From: Alphaproteobacteria bacterium
Lineage (GTDB): Bacteria; Pseudomonadota; Alphaproteobacteria; SP197
DNA: 64,000 nucleotides
NCBI GenBank assembly: GCA_964291265.2
Contig: OZ219747.1
Span: 1,504,001 to 1,568,000, forward strand
Reading direction: 5' to 3'
How positions within the stretch are numbered: position 1 is the first letter of the stretch; each line of letters starts with the position of its first letter. The notes under the pieces were generated by a model. That model made no database searches. It had not been told where the DNA came from and saw nothing but the letters and a program-made list of their open reading frames with translations. The translations under genes were made by a program, and so were the position numbers. Shown here piece after piece: positions 1 to 10,471 of this stretch.

Positions 1-1
1 C

Positions 2-739
2 ATGGCCGACCGCGTCGTCTTCTTCCGCCGCATGGCTGGCGAATTCGCCAGGCGCCATGGCGGCTTTGCCTCGTTCATGCCCAAGCCCTTCGGCGACTAC
101 GCCGGAAGCGGTGCGCATTTCAACATGTCGCTCTACGACAGGGTGACCGGCGCCAACCTGTTCGTGGCGGACGACGATCCCAGGGGCTGCGGCCTCTCGG
201 CGCCAGGCTATCACTTCGTTGCCGGACTGCTGCGCCACCTGCCCGCCATGTCGGCGGTGGTGGCGCCGACCGTCAACAGCTACAAGCGCCTCATCCTCAA
301 GGGCAGCAATTCGGGGTTCACCTGGGCGCCCGTCTTCTGTTCGTACGGCAACAACAACAGGACCAACACCATCCGCATTCCCGGTGGCGGAGGACGCGTC
401 GAATTGCGCCTCGCCGACTCCTCGGGCAACCCCTATCTCGGTGCCGCCATGGTCCTGGCGGCCGGCCTGGAGGGCATTCGCGAGGAACTCGATCCCGGTG
501 AACCGCACCGCGAGAATCTCTACGTCACGAGTAAGGACGAGCGCCGGAAGGCCGGCGTCGGCACCCTGCCGCGCACGCTGGGCGAGGCTCTCGATGCCTT
601 CGCTGCAAGCGACCTGGCGAAGGCAACGTTCGGCGACGTCATGTTCGGGGCCTGGCTCGCCTACAAGCGTGACGAGTGGCTGGCCTATCTCAACCATGTC
701 AGCGACTGGGAGCGTGACCGTTACCTGCGCTTCTTCTGA
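2..739 (+). CDS. Glutamine synthetase-family protein, GlnT/GmaS (gamma-glutamylmethylamide synthetase)-like; 5' part lies outside the window
   Basis: Motifs FMPKPF...[39 protein letters not shown]; directly upstream of an Amt transporter. Confidence 0.85.
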   Translation: MADRVVFFRRMAGEFARRHGGFASFMPKPFGDYAGSGAHFNMSLYDRVTGANLFVADDDPRGCGLSAPGYHFVAGLLRHLPAMSAVVAPTVNSYKRLILKGSNSGFTWAPVFCSYGNNNRTNTIRIPGGGGRVELRLADSSGNPYLGAAMVLAAGLEGIREELDPGEPHRENLYVTSKDERRKAGVGTLPRTLGEALDAFAASDLAKATFGDVMFGAWLAYKRDEWLAYLNHVSDWERDRYLRFF

Positions 740-820
740 TATCCGCGGCCCGGCGGCCGGCTGATCCGAGGAGGGGCCGGAAAGGGAACATCCAACCCTG
801 GTCAAGGAGAGTTCACACAC

Positions 821-2122
821 ATGACTCCTGAAGAATTGCAAGCGGCGGTCGAATGGTCGACCGCAGTCAGCGCCGAGGCGTACTACTGGTGGTCGATCGG
901 TCTCATGATCGCCATTCACGCCGGGTTCCTGATGTATGAAATGGGCGCCTCGCGGGTCAAGAACACGCTGGCGTCGGGCTGCAAGAACATCCTCGCCTTT
1001 GCCTTCATCATTCCGACGATGTTCTTTTTTGGCTGGTGGGTCTATCTCGCCTTCCCGCACGGAATCATCCCCGACCTCGAGTACGGCCTGACCGCGGAGC
1101 CCTGGAATGAATTCATGGGTCCCAACCTCGCCGACAACATCACCGGAGTGGTCTGGGGCGCCTTCGTGCTGTTCTCGGCCACCACGGCCTCGATCATGTC
1201 GGGCTCGGTCATCGAGCGCATCCGCATGGGAGCCTTCATCATCCTTGCCGTGGTGCTGGGTTCCTTCGCCTGGCTGATTGCCGCCGCGTGGGGATGGCAT
1301 CCGGAAGGCTGGCTCGTCACCGAGTTCGGCTATCATGATGTCGGAGCCTCCGGCGTGGTGCACATCATTTCCGGCTTCTTCGCGCTCGGCGTCCTGATCA
1401 ACCTCGGGCCGCGCATCGGCAAGTTCGGTCCGGGGGGCCAGATCAACAATCTCCAGGGCCACAGTGTACCGATGACGATCGCTGGCCTGATGATCATCAT
1501 CATCGGCTTTGTCGGTTTCCTGGGCGCCTGCCTGCTCTACAACGGCACGTCGCAATGGGCGAACATCTACGGCGGTCCGATGACGCTGTCGTCGTTCGGA
1601 TTCAACATGCTGATGAGCTTTGCCGGCGGAATCATCGGGGCCTACGCGGTCACCCGTGATCCCTTCTGGATGATGTCGGGGGCGCTCGGCGGCATCTTCG
1701 CTGCCGCTGCCGGTCTCGATCTCTACTATCCACCCCTGGCCTTTGCGCTGGGCTTTGCCGGCGGCGTCCTGATTCCCTATGGTCAGCGCTTCCTGGAGAA
1801 ACTGGGGATCGACGATGCGGTCGGCGCCGTGTCGGTGCATGGCTTCTGCGGAATCCTCGGTGTCCTGGCCTGCGGCATCTTCCTCGACGGCTATCCGGCT
1901 GTCTCGGAGTCCATACCGGGCATCACCTTCTGGGGCCAGCTTGTCGGTTGCGTGGTCATGGTGCTCATCGGCTTCGTGCCCGGCTACGTGGTGTCGCTGA
2001 TTCTCAGGATGCTGGGCATCCTGCGCGCAAGCGACGACATCCAGCAGGTCGGCATGGATCTCGAGATCCCGTCTCCTGCCTATCCCGAGCAGATCACCTC
2101 ACACCTTCACTGGCGCGGCTGA
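821..2122 (+). CDS. Ammonium/methylammonium transporter, Amt family
   Basis: Polytopic hydrophobic ORF with SIMSGSVIER, HDVGASGVVH, LGPRIGKF and IDDAVGAVSVHG (twin-His); AGGAG RBS upstream. Confidence 0.92.
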   Translation: MTPEELQAAVEWSTAVSAEAYYWWSIGLMIAIHAGFLMYEMGASRVKNTLASGCKNILAFAFIIPTMFFFGWWVYLAFPHGIIPDLEYGLTAEPWNEFMGPNLADNITGVVWGAFVLFSATTASIMSGSVIERIRMGAFIILAVVLGSFAWLIAAAWGWHPEGWLVTEFGYHDVGASGVVHIISGFFALGVLINLGPRIGKFGPGGQINNLQGHSVPMTIAGLMIIIIGFVGFLGACLLYNGTSQWANIYGGPMTLSSFGFNMLMSFAGGIIGAYAVTRDPFWMMSGALGGIFAAAAGLDLYYPPLAFALGFAGGVLIPYGQRFLEKLGIDDAVGAVSVHGFCGILGVLACGIFLDGYPAVSESIPGITFWGQLVGCVVMVLIGFVPGYVVSLILRMLGILRASDDIQQVGMDLEIPSPAYPEQITSHLHWRG

Positions 2123-2160
2123 GCCGCGTTCAGGGCAGACAACCTGAAAGGAGTACAACC

Positions 2161-2349
2161 ATGTTCGGAGGAAGTCCGATAGAGTCCTGGGAAGGAGCCA
2201 CCGCGGTCTACAGTTATGCCGGATCCGGCGGCGCCCATCTCTTCCTGTGGATCGCCGTCCTCCTGTGTGTCGGCACGATCGTCGTGTCGATCATCGCGGA
2301 GAACCGGGCAGAGGCGGAAGCCACGCGTCTGCTCAAGGAACGCAAGTAG
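2161..2349 (+). CDS. Small single-pass membrane protein (62 aa)
   Basis: AAGGAG RBS just before ATG 2161; one hydrophobic stretch (LFLWIAVLLCVGTIVVSII); followed by a hairpin. Confidence 0.7.
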   Translation: MFGGSPIESWEGATAVYSYAGSGGAHLFLWIAVLLCVGTIVVSIIAENRAEAEATRLLKERK

Positions 2350-2362
2350 CGTCCCGCTGGAC

Positions 2363-2392
2363 ACAGGCAGCCGGTCGTGGCCGGCTGCCTGT
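2363..2392. terminator. GC-rich hairpin between convergent genes, probable bidirectional terminator
   Basis: ACAGGCAGCCGG-tcgtgg-CCGGCTGCCTGT, perfect 12-bp stem, no clear U-tract. Confidence 0.55.
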
Positions 2393-2398
2393 CCTGTC

Positions 2399-4438
2399 CT
2401 ACATGACGCCCACGAGGCGCACGGCGTCGTAGACCGCGGCGTGAATGTTGCGGCTCTCGACGGCATCGCCGAGGCGGAAGAGTCGGAAGGCGCCCTCCGG
2501 GTTCCTGCAGACCTCCTGGGGCCGTCGCCGGATCAGCGCCCCGTAGTCCACCTCTCCGCGATTGACCGACAGGTCGCGCAAGTCGAAATAGAGATCATCG
2601 GCGGGAAGGGTGCCGTGCTCGACCACCACCTGATCGACCAGGCGTTCGCCGATGTCGCTCCCGGTGAATTCACTGAACAGCGTCGCCCGCAGGCGGTTGC
2701 CCCGGCGCTCCAGCCTCGAGACCCTGGTGTTGATGGTGATCGTGACTCCATGCTCCTGGAAGAACTCGGCGTAGGGCGCATGGGTGAGCGCCCCCAGTTC
2801 GGGAGCGAAGGTGCGTTCCGGGGAGACAACCTCCACCCTTGATCCGGCGTCGGCCGCCAGCCAGGCGGCCTGCATGCCCGGCTGATGACCGTTGTCGTCG
2901 AAGACCAGGACCTCTGCCGCCGGAGCGACGGTTCCGGCGAGCAGGTCCCAGGAACTGACGGCAAGGCCGGAGCCCTCGTCGAGGATCTCCTTGTTGGGGA
3001 CACCGCCGGTACAGATGAGCACCACGTCGGGACCGAGGGCAAGCACGTCGTCCGCATCCGCCAGGATGTTGCAGCGCACGTCGACGCCGAGCCGCGCCAG
3101 GCGGGCAAGACGCCAGTCGACGATGCCGATCAGATCCTTGCGGTTGGGCGTGCGTGCCGCCAGGAGAATCTGGCCGCCAGGTCGGTTCGCCGCCTCCAGG
3201 ACGACCACGTCGTGGCCGCGTTCTGCGGCGACGCGGGCGGCTTCGAGGCCGGCCGGCCCGGCGCCCACCACGACGATGCGCCTCCCCGGCCCCGAACGCG
3301 GTTCCACCAACTGCGGCAGCGAGGTCTCGCGGCCGGTCGAGGGATTGTGGACACAGAGCGCGCCGGTTCCCGCATAGACGCTTTCGAGGCAGTAGGTGGC
3401 ACCGACACAGGGCCGGATGTCGTCCTCGCGTCCCTCGATGATGCGGTTGACGATATGGGGGTCGGCGATGTGGGCCCTGGTCATGCCCACCATGTCGAGC
3501 TGACCGGCAGCGATGGCATGGCGCGCCGTGGCGATGTCGGCGATCTTGTTGGCGTGGAACACCGGGAACCGGGTCTCGCTGCGGATGTCGCCGGCAAAGG
3601 CGAGATGGGGCGAGGCCGTCATGCCGGCGACCGGGATGATGTCGGTCAGCGCCCGGTCGTGGTCGATATGGCCCTTGATGACGTTCAGGAAATCGACCTT
3701 GCCCGTGGCGATGAACCGCCGGGCGATCTCCAGGCCCGTGGCACGCTCGTAGCCCTTGCGCCAGTTCTCGTCCAGGGACATGCGGATGCCGACGATGAAG
3801 TCGGGGCCGACGGCGCCGCGCACCTCGTCGAGCACCGCCATGGCGAAGCGCAGCCGGTTGTCGAGACTGCTGCCCCACCGATCGCGGCGCAGGTTCGTGG
3901 CGGGAGACCAGAACTGGTCCATCAGGTGGCCGTAGGCCTCGAACTCGATTCCGTCGAGTCCCGCCTCGGCCATGCGTGCGGCGGCCAGCCCGTAGTCCCG
4001 GATGACCCTCTCGATGTCCCAGTCCTCCATTTCCTTGGGAAAGGCGCGATGGGCCGGTTCGCGCACCATGGAGGGCGCGAGGACGGGGAGCCAGTGTTCC
4101 TTGTTCCAGTTGGTCCGCCGTCCGAGATGGGTGAGCTGGATCATCACCGCCGCGCCGTGGTCGTGGCAGGCGTCGGCAAGCCGGCGCAGTCCCGTCACCA
4201 CCTCGTCCTTCCACGCCTGGACGTTCATGAAGGCCTGGGCGGAGTCCCTCGAGACCACGGTGGAGCCGGCGATTATGGTGAGCGCGATACCACCCCTGGC
4301 CTTCTCCTCGTGGTAGCGCACGTAGCGCTCTCCCACGAGACCGTCCTCGGTGTAGCCCGGTTCATGCGCCGTCGACATGATCCGGTTCTTCAACTCGAGA
4401 CTCTTGAGTCGGTAGGGCTGCAGCAGGGGGTCACTCAT
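2399..4438 (-). CDS. NADH:flavin oxidoreductase (OYE/TMADH family), N-methylproline/dimethylglycine demethylase-like
   Basis: Starts MSDPLLQPY; LKNRIMSTAHEP, QLTHLGRRT, RPCVGATYC, VVGAGPAGLEAAR, ends RNIHAAVYDA. Confidence 0.85.
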   Translation of the reverse strand: MSDPLLQPYRLKSLELKNRIMSTAHEPGYTEDGLVGERYVRYHEEKARGGIALTIIAGSTVVSRDSAQAFMNVQAWKDEVVTGLRRLADACHDHGAAVMIQLTHLGRRTNWNKEHWLPVLAPSMVREPAHRAFPKEMEDWDIERVIRDYGLAAARMAEAGLDGIEFEAYGHLMDQFWSPATNLRRDRWGSSLDNRLRFAMAVLDEVRGAVGPDFIVGIRMSLDENWRKGYERATGLEIARRFIATGKVDFLNVIKGHIDHDRALTDIIPVAGMTASPHLAFAGDIRSETRFPVFHANKIADIATARHAIAAGQLDMVGMTRAHIADPHIVNRIIEGREDDIRPCVGATYCLESVYAGTGALCVHNPSTGRETSLPQLVEPRSGPGRRIVVVGAGPAGLEAARVAAERGHDVVVLEAANRPGGQILLAARTPNRKDLIGIVDWRLARLARLGVDVRCNILADADDVLALGPDVVLICTGGVPNKEILDEGSGLAVSSWDLLAGTVAPAAEVLVFDDNGHQPGMQAAWLAADAGSRVEVVSPERTFAPELGALTHAPYAEFFQEHGVTITINTRVSRLERRGNRLRATLFSEFTGSDIGERLVDQVVVEHGTLPADDLYFDLRDLSVNRGEVDYGALIRRRPQEVCRNPEGAFRLFRLGDAVESRNIHAAVYDAVRLVGVM

Positions 4439-5065
4439 GGGCCAGGATCCACGGAACCCGCCATGCATAGCACACCTGGCGAGGGGTTGAGCGCCCGGAA
4501 ACGTCGTGTTTTCCTTTTCACGGTACCGGGGTAAGCGCCATCCTCAAACCGAGCACGGGCAACGTTCATGACCGCGGCGTGTCGGCGGTTTGCCGTACGC
4601 ATCGTTTCTGCGTCAACGACGATGGTCCCCGTCGCAGGCCTGCCGACTGTTGATCAATGGTACGCGTGGAATTGTCTTGTCGTGTCTCGGGGTTCAGCGT
4701 CACAGCCTTCCCCCTGGTTACGTCGAAAGTTCGTCGTGATTTTCCGGGCAGAGCACTGTTTCGTGACGGGAGGGGGGTGACACTGCAGAGCGCTCTGGCC
4801 ACGCAGGGCAGCCCCTTCGGGCGGTGACCGTGGATGGGATGATCTCTGCGAAGGGCCGCTTCGCGGCCATGGGTGGCTGTGAAAGGGTCCTGTGCTGAGT
4901 GATCGACGAGAGTTGATCTGAGCGAGGCTTCATGTTTCCGGGTCTCCCGACGGTTCGGGAGGACAACCAACCAGGGAGCTTTCAATCGGACACGGTCAAG
5001 AGGCCGGGCCCGCTTCAGCATGGACCCGGCTCGTCGTCCATGCCGTTCACCTGCCCTGCGCACGG

Positions 5066-5886
5066 ATGGTCCCGCTCAGGTGGACCGCGGCCATGGTCCA
5101 GGCGCTGACCGCGCGAATGCCCTGCCAGACCACGCTTCCGGGCTTCGTCCCGCGCCTGCATCAGGCGTTGGAACCATGGCAGGCCAACGCAATCGATAAG
5201 GTCTTCGCCATACCCGTGCTGCACGTCAAGGCAACCTCGCTGCGGGTAGCAAGGAAGGAACCACCTGATCCACGTCTGCTCCGACAGGCCCCGCACGGGC
5301 AGGTCAGACCGGACAGGTGATTCTCCAGGCGCCAGGACAGGCGCATCGCACGATGCTGCATGTTCGAGGAGATCCTGGAGCTTGACCGACAGGGAGATGC
5401 CCGGGATCCCAAACAAGGGAAAAGGGCCGTTCCAGGATCGCTCGCCAAGCCCGATGCCCACAACCCCCCTCGAATACCCCGCCGCCCGGAGACGGAACGC
5501 TCTGCGCCTCGCAAGGCATGCCGGAATTCCGTTCTCCGACAGTCGCGCCGAGAGCGCGACTCCTGGGTGGTCAAGGTCAGGCAGAAGGCCTCCGGCTTTT
5601 TGCGAATCGCCGTCTTCGCACACGCCTGGTGCCGCATGTCCAGCTATATGCGAACCATGGCGGCGCTCGCATACAACCCGCTCGTCGCCATCGCCCTTCA
5701 AGGCAAGGCCGTCGACTGTCTCGATCAACACGTCTGATATCGGGGCAAGCGTAAGCGTTCAGACCAAGGGTGACGATGATGGACATGACCGTGGCAACCA
5801 CGCTCCGTCCCGGGCCTCGCCCGTATTCGCTCAGTTCCATCATGCCCTGTCACTGCGTGACCGAACGCTTACGGGCAAGTGGTTAC
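5066..5886 (+). pseudogene. Degraded IS66-family transposase remnant with its right end
   Basis: Fragments LHQALEPWQ...PVLHVKATSLRVA and VKVRQKASGF...AWCRMSSYMRTMAALAYNPLVAI match the intact transposase at 44224-45702; ends gggcaagtggttac (5886), resembling the IR ggtgagtagttac. Confidence 0.7.
5751..5872. mobile_element. 122-bp IS66-derived MITE-like element
   Basis: Termini GTAAGCGTTC...GAACGCTTAC; flanks gggcaagc (5743-5750) and gggcaagt (5873-5880) form a 7/8 TSD; last 18 bp identical to the IS end at 62207-62224. Confidence 0.7.
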
Positions 5887-5961
5887 CGGCCGGGGATGGT
5901 TAGGTGGAAGGATCCGGAATGGGTCGCTTCATGGTGTCTGTCAGGTGTTCGCGGGCACCGC

Positions 5962-7527
5962 TCATGCGGTCTCGGCGCGGATGTCGAGGAGGTTGCGCGC
6001 CTCGCGCCCGCAGGCCACGCCGACGAGGTGGACCGGGCCGCCGTGGTCGCGGTAGGTCTCGGCATAGCCCCGCTCGCGCATCTGCGCCAGCGCCGCATCC
6101 AGCGCCGCAGCGCCGTCCCCCTCGCCCTCGGCCATCTTGAACTCCAGCACGAAGACCTGACCGCCGAGGCGCACCACCATGTCCGCACGGCCGCGGTGCG
6201 AGGCCTCCTCCACGCTCAAATTCACCCCGACCGAACGCAGGCATATGTAGAGAAGGCTCGCATACCAGGCCTCGTAGCGCGCCAGGTCGCCCTTCGCATG
6301 CCACTGGTAGGGAATGCCCGCAAGCCAGGCGCGGAGCTTCTCGCCGAAGCCGGCGAAGTCGTTCGCCTCAAGCAGGGCGCAGAACTCGCGGCCCCGCTCC
6401 AGCGACTCGACGCCCTTCCTGCTCAGCCAGGCAAGCAGTCCGCGGTTCAGGCTGATCCGGACCTCGAGGTTGGGATAGTCCAGCCGGTAGAGAGCGTCGA
6501 ACTCGTCCCGCTCCTCCCCCGCGATGGTCAGGTAGCCGGTCTGGAAGAGCAGGGCCTCGATGGCGATGTCGCCGACATCGAACTTCGAGACCAGGGACGT
6601 GCCCGCCAGCCGTCCCTCCAGTTCCATCGGACTCACCGACTTCTCCATCAGCATACGGAACAGGAAGTCCGGCGACCCGGTCTCGAACCAGTAGGGACGG
6701 AACTCGCGGCTCCGCAGGAACAGCAACACATCGTAGGGATTGTAGACCCGCTCCCCGCCCCGCCAGTGGTAGCCGTTGTACCAGGTGCGAATCTCCTCGC
6801 GGTCCAGTCCGACAAGCTCAGGCCCGAACACACGGTCGAGATCCTCCTCGCGGTAGCCGCAGATCGTGGCGAAGCGCGGATCGAGACTGATGTCCTCGAG
6901 GTTGTTGAGCCCCGAGAACAGGCTGACCTTGGAGAACATGCTGACACCGGTGACGAAGACGAAGCGGACATGTTCGGCGCTGTCCTTGACGATGCCGTAG
7001 AAGCCGCGCAGGTAGTCCCGGTTGGCCGTCGCAAGACCGGGATCGTGGAGCACGTCGAGGATCGGCTTGTCGTACTCGTCCACCAGCACCACCACCTGCC
7101 GGCCGGTGGCGCAACGCAGGTGATAGAGGACATTCTGCAAACGCTCCGGACCCGTGTTGGCGACCGGCACCTCGTCGAGGCCGGCGCCATGTTCGATGAT
7201 CGCCAGCTGGTTGAGAATGTTGCGCTCGATGTCCCCGGGTTCGTTGTACTTGCCGCCGAAGCTCAGCCGCACCACAGGATGCGGCGCCGACCAGTCCCAG
7301 TGGGGATGGATGTCCAGGCCCCGGAACAGGGGTTCGTGGCAGGCAAAGAGCGACCGCAGGGTGTCGAGCAACAGGCTCTTGCCGAAGCGGCGCGGGCGGG
7401 ACAGGAAGTAGTGGCGCCCCTCGTCCACCAGACGCCGGACGAGCGAGGTCTTGTCGACGTAGTAGAAGTCCTCGCTGCGGATCGTCGGAAAGTCCTGGAT
7501 CCCGATCGGAAGACGGCGACGGCTCAT
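5962..7527 (-). CDS. AAA-ATPase-like plus C-terminal PD-(D/E)XK nuclease (DUF1703/PDDEXK_9 type), copy 1
   Basis: LPIGIQDF, YYVDKT, RPRRFGKS, VLVDEYDKP, GRADM...VLEFK; 521 aa from ATG 7527 with GGAGAG RBS. Confidence 0.9.
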   Translation of the reverse strand: MSRRRLPIGIQDFPTIRSEDFYYVDKTSLVRRLVDEGRHYFLSRPRRFGKSLLLDTLRSLFACHEPLFRGLDIHPHWDWSAPHPVVRLSFGGKYNEPGDIERNILNQLAIIEHGAGLDEVPVANTGPERLQNVLYHLRCATGRQVVVLVDEYDKPILDVLHDPGLATANRDYLRGFYGIVKDSAEHVRFVFVTGVSMFSKVSLFSGLNNLEDISLDPRFATICGYREEDLDRVFGPELVGLDREEIRTWYNGYHWRGGERVYNPYDVLLFLRSREFRPYWFETGSPDFLFRMLMEKSVSPMELEGRLAGTSLVSKFDVGDIAIEALLFQTGYLTIAGEERDEFDALYRLDYPNLEVRISLNRGLLAWLSRKGVESLERGREFCALLEANDFAGFGEKLRAWLAGIPYQWHAKGDLARYEAWYASLLYICLRSVGVNLSVEEASHRGRADMVVRLGGQVFVLEFKMAEGEGDGAAALDAALAQMRERGYAETYRDHGGPVHLVGVACGREARNLLDIRAETA

Positions 7528-7898
7528 CGGTCTCTCCCTTCGCGGCGCCGGAACCTGCGGCTGAGGCGGGAAGTGCCGGACCTCCCGTGTCGCGGCTCCG
7601 AATGTCCCGGAACGGTCATGTCTGAACACAACGGTCACGCTATCCGCCCGCCTGTCCATGAGCAAGGGAGAGGTACGACCAGGGCGAACATGAAGGGCAA
7701 CCCGCAGCCGTTGAAGCACCGTTCAGCTTGGCAACCCGGAGGCTCATGCTGCGAAGCGGCGCCGAGCATCGAAAGGCGCCTTGCAGCGTGAGCCGTTCGG
7801 CCCTGTCCTCCGAGAATGCCGTATCGGCCGGGAATGGTTCGGTGGAAGGATACGGAATGGGTCGCTTCGTGGTGCGGACAGGCGTTCGCGGGCGCCGC

Positions 7899-9464
7899 TC
7901 ATGCGGTCTCGGCGCGGATGTCGAGGAGGTTCCGCGCCTCGCGCCCGCAGGCCACGCCGACGAGGTGGACCGGGCCGCCGTGGTCGCGGTAGGTCTCGGC
8001 ATAGCCCCGCTCGCGCATCTGCGCCAGCGCCGCATCCAGCGCCGCAGCGCCGTCCCCCTCGCCCTCGGCCATCTTGAACTCCAGCACGAAGACCTGACCG
8101 CCGAGGCGCACCACCATGTCCGCACGACCACGGTGCGAGGCCTCCTCCACGCTCAAATTCACCCCGACCGAACGCAGGCACATGTAGAGAAGGCTCGCAT
8201 ACCAGGCCTCGTAGCGCGCCAGGTCGCCCTTCGCGTGCCACTGGTAGGGAATGCCCGCAAGCCAGGCGCGGAGCTTCTCGCCGAAGCCGGCGAAGTCGTT
8301 CGCCTCCAGCAGGGCGCAGAACTCGCGGCCCCGCTCCAGCGGCTCGACCCCCTGCCTGCCCAGCCAGGCAAGCAGTTCGTCGTTGAGGCTGAGCCGGACC
8401 TCGAGGTTGGGATAGTCCAGCCGGTAGAGGGTCCTGTGGCCCTGCTTCTCCTCCCCCGCGATGGTCAGGTAGCCGGTCTGGAAGAGCAGGGCCTCGATGG
8501 CGATGTCGTCGACATCGAACTTCGAGACCAGGGACGTGCCCGCCAGCCGTCCCTCCAGTTCCATCGGGCTCACCGACTTCTCCATCAGCATGCGGAACAG
8601 GAAGTCAGGAGATCCGGTCTCGAACCAGTAGGGACGAAACTCACGGCTCCGCAGGAACAGCAACACATCGTAGGGATTGTAGACCCGCACCCCGCCCCGC
8701 CAGTGGTAGCCGTTGTACCAGGTGCGGATCTCCTCGCGGTCCAGCCCGACCATCTCAGGGCCGAACACACGGTCGAGATCCTCCTCGCGGTAGCCGCAGA
8801 TCGTGGCAAAGCGCGGATCGAGGCTGATGTCCTCGAGGTTGTTGAGACCCGAGAACAGGCTGACTTTCGAGAACATGCTGACACCGGTGACGAAGACGAA
8901 ACGGACGTGTTCAGCGCTGTCCTTGACGATGCCGTAGAAGCCGCGCAGGTAGTCCCGGTTGGCCCTCGCAAGCTCGGGATCGTGGAGCACGTCAAGGATC
9001 GGCTTGTCGTACTCGTCCACCAGCACCACGACCTGCCGGCCGGTGGCGCCGTGCAGACGGTCAAGAAGATTCCGCAGACGCCTCGGACCGGTATCGGAGG
9101 TCCGAGCAGGCGGAAGATCATACCCGCGTTCCACGCTCTCCAGTTGCTCGATGATGTCCCCTTCGATCTCGCCCGGCTCGTTGTACTTCCCGCCGAAGCT
9201 CAGCCGCACCACCGGATGAGGTGCCGACCAGTCCCAGTGGGGGTGGATGTCGAGTCCCCGGAACAGGGGTTCGTGGCAGGCAAACAGCGACCGCAGGGTG
9301 TCGAGCAGCAGGCTCTTGCCGAAACGGCGCGGGCGGGACAGGAAGTAATGGTCACCCTGCTGGACCAAGTCTCGGATGAGAGGGGTCTTGTCGACATAGT
9401 AGCTGCCGGTCTCCCGGAGGCGCCGGAAGTCCTGGATCCCGATCGGAAGACGGCGGCGGATCAT
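7899..9464 (-). CDS. AAA-ATPase-like plus PD-(D/E)XK nuclease, copy 2 (tandem paralogue)
   Basis: Same motifs and same length (521 aa) as copy 1; long identical stretches. Confidence 0.9.
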   Translation of the reverse strand: MIRRRLPIGIQDFRRLRETGSYYVDKTPLIRDLVQQGDHYFLSRPRRFGKSLLLDTLRSLFACHEPLFRGLDIHPHWDWSAPHPVVRLSFGGKYNEPGEIEGDIIEQLESVERGYDLPPARTSDTGPRRLRNLLDRLHGATGRQVVVLVDEYDKPILDVLHDPELARANRDYLRGFYGIVKDSAEHVRFVFVTGVSMFSKVSLFSGLNNLEDISLDPRFATICGYREEDLDRVFGPEMVGLDREEIRTWYNGYHWRGGVRVYNPYDVLLFLRSREFRPYWFETGSPDFLFRMLMEKSVSPMELEGRLAGTSLVSKFDVDDIAIEALLFQTGYLTIAGEEKQGHRTLYRLDYPNLEVRLSLNDELLAWLGRQGVEPLERGREFCALLEANDFAGFGEKLRAWLAGIPYQWHAKGDLARYEAWYASLLYMCLRSVGVNLSVEEASHRGRADMVVRLGGQVFVLEFKMAEGEGDGAAALDAALAQMRERGYAETYRDHGGPVHLVGVACGREARNLLDIRAETA

Positions 9465-9496
9465 TGGTCTCTCCCTTCGTGACGCTGGAACCGGAC

Positions 9497-9528
9497 GCTA
9501 CTGATGCGGACCTGTCCATGAGCAAGGG
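9497..9528 (-). promoter_or_regulatory. Shared upstream motif/putative sigma70-type promoter of the AAA-nuclease genes (second copy at about 7637-7668)
   Basis: CCTGTCCATGAGCAAGGG at 7651-7668 and 9511-9528; on the minus strand TTGCTC followed 17 or 19 nt later by TAGCGT. Confidence 0.35.
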
Positions 9529-10408
9529 ACGAAGGATATGGCCGCGACAAGGAGTGCCTGTAACCCGAACTTCCGTCAGATTTTCGAGGTTTTGGCTGCC
9601 CCGTTCGAGGGACATTACGACGAATGCACCGCCCACCCTTGCGGCGCATGGCCTCATCATGGCTGCCCGGGCAGAGCATCGCTGTCGAGCGTCGTTCCGC
9701 ATGAAATTCAGACATCCTGACCTCGTCCGCCGGAAGGTGAGACGACTTTGGAGTGTTGTGCCATCACCGGGGAGATCTCCCTCGCCTCTCCCGTGGCCGC
9801 TGCGGTGCGTTGAAGGTTGCCTCGCCCCTGGCCTTCAGGAGCTTACGCCGTACGGTAGACAGTGGACCGCGAGACATTGAAGGCCCTGACCGGATCGACA
9901 CAACTCAACGCCGACGATCGTGAAGAACCTGGCGATGCGCAGGGCCTGGGTCCGAGCGTCATGGCAGTCAAAGGGCGCGAGATCGGAGAAGCGCCATGCC
10001 TGATCATCGATGACGGCCCATGAGAAGGAAGCTGGGATGGCTGTGGCATCGACTCCCTATAGTGGCAGGAAGGATATCACGACTTGGCACACTTGTCGTC
10101 AAATGTCGAGCGGAAACCGCGCCCAAACCAAGGCCTTCCCATGCTGGAATTCGCTTGATTTCACTTGACGTCAGGCGTTCGTATGTTGCACGCGCGCGGA
10201 CATTTCCCGCTGGCCATCCCGCTTGGGATGTGCGACGGTCCGGTCATGTTGTCGATTCGCAAGCGCATGGAAGCTGTCCCGATCCATCAGGAAGCTCCTG
10301 AGGGTTTTTCCCTGTCTGAGGTTCAGACGTCCTGACCTCAGTGAGTTGACTTGATCAGTCCGGCCCTTTTTTTTCCAACACAATGAACGCTTTTCCCAGT
10401 TTTTTTGC

Positions 10409-10437
10409 TTGACAACATAGCCGTGGGGTGATCCAAT
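10409..10437 (+). promoter_or_regulatory. Putative sigma70 promoter for the transposase
   Basis: TTGACA-17 nt-TCCAAT with upstream TG and a T-rich tract before the -35. Confidence 0.4.
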
Positions 10438-10471
10438 ATAACATGACGCCTATATTGGAGCAGTCCAGGCC

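Noticed and set aside
4531-5060. Further IS66-like end (GTAAGCGCC at 4531) and short ORFs
   Set aside because: No matching IR/TSD pair or convincing protein similarity
5770-9482. Long plus-strand ORFs of 673 and 584 aa
   Set aside because: Antisense shadows of the AAA-nuclease genes; the same applies to 2885-4534, 10951-12771 (frame shadow), 19515-21158 and 47202-49175
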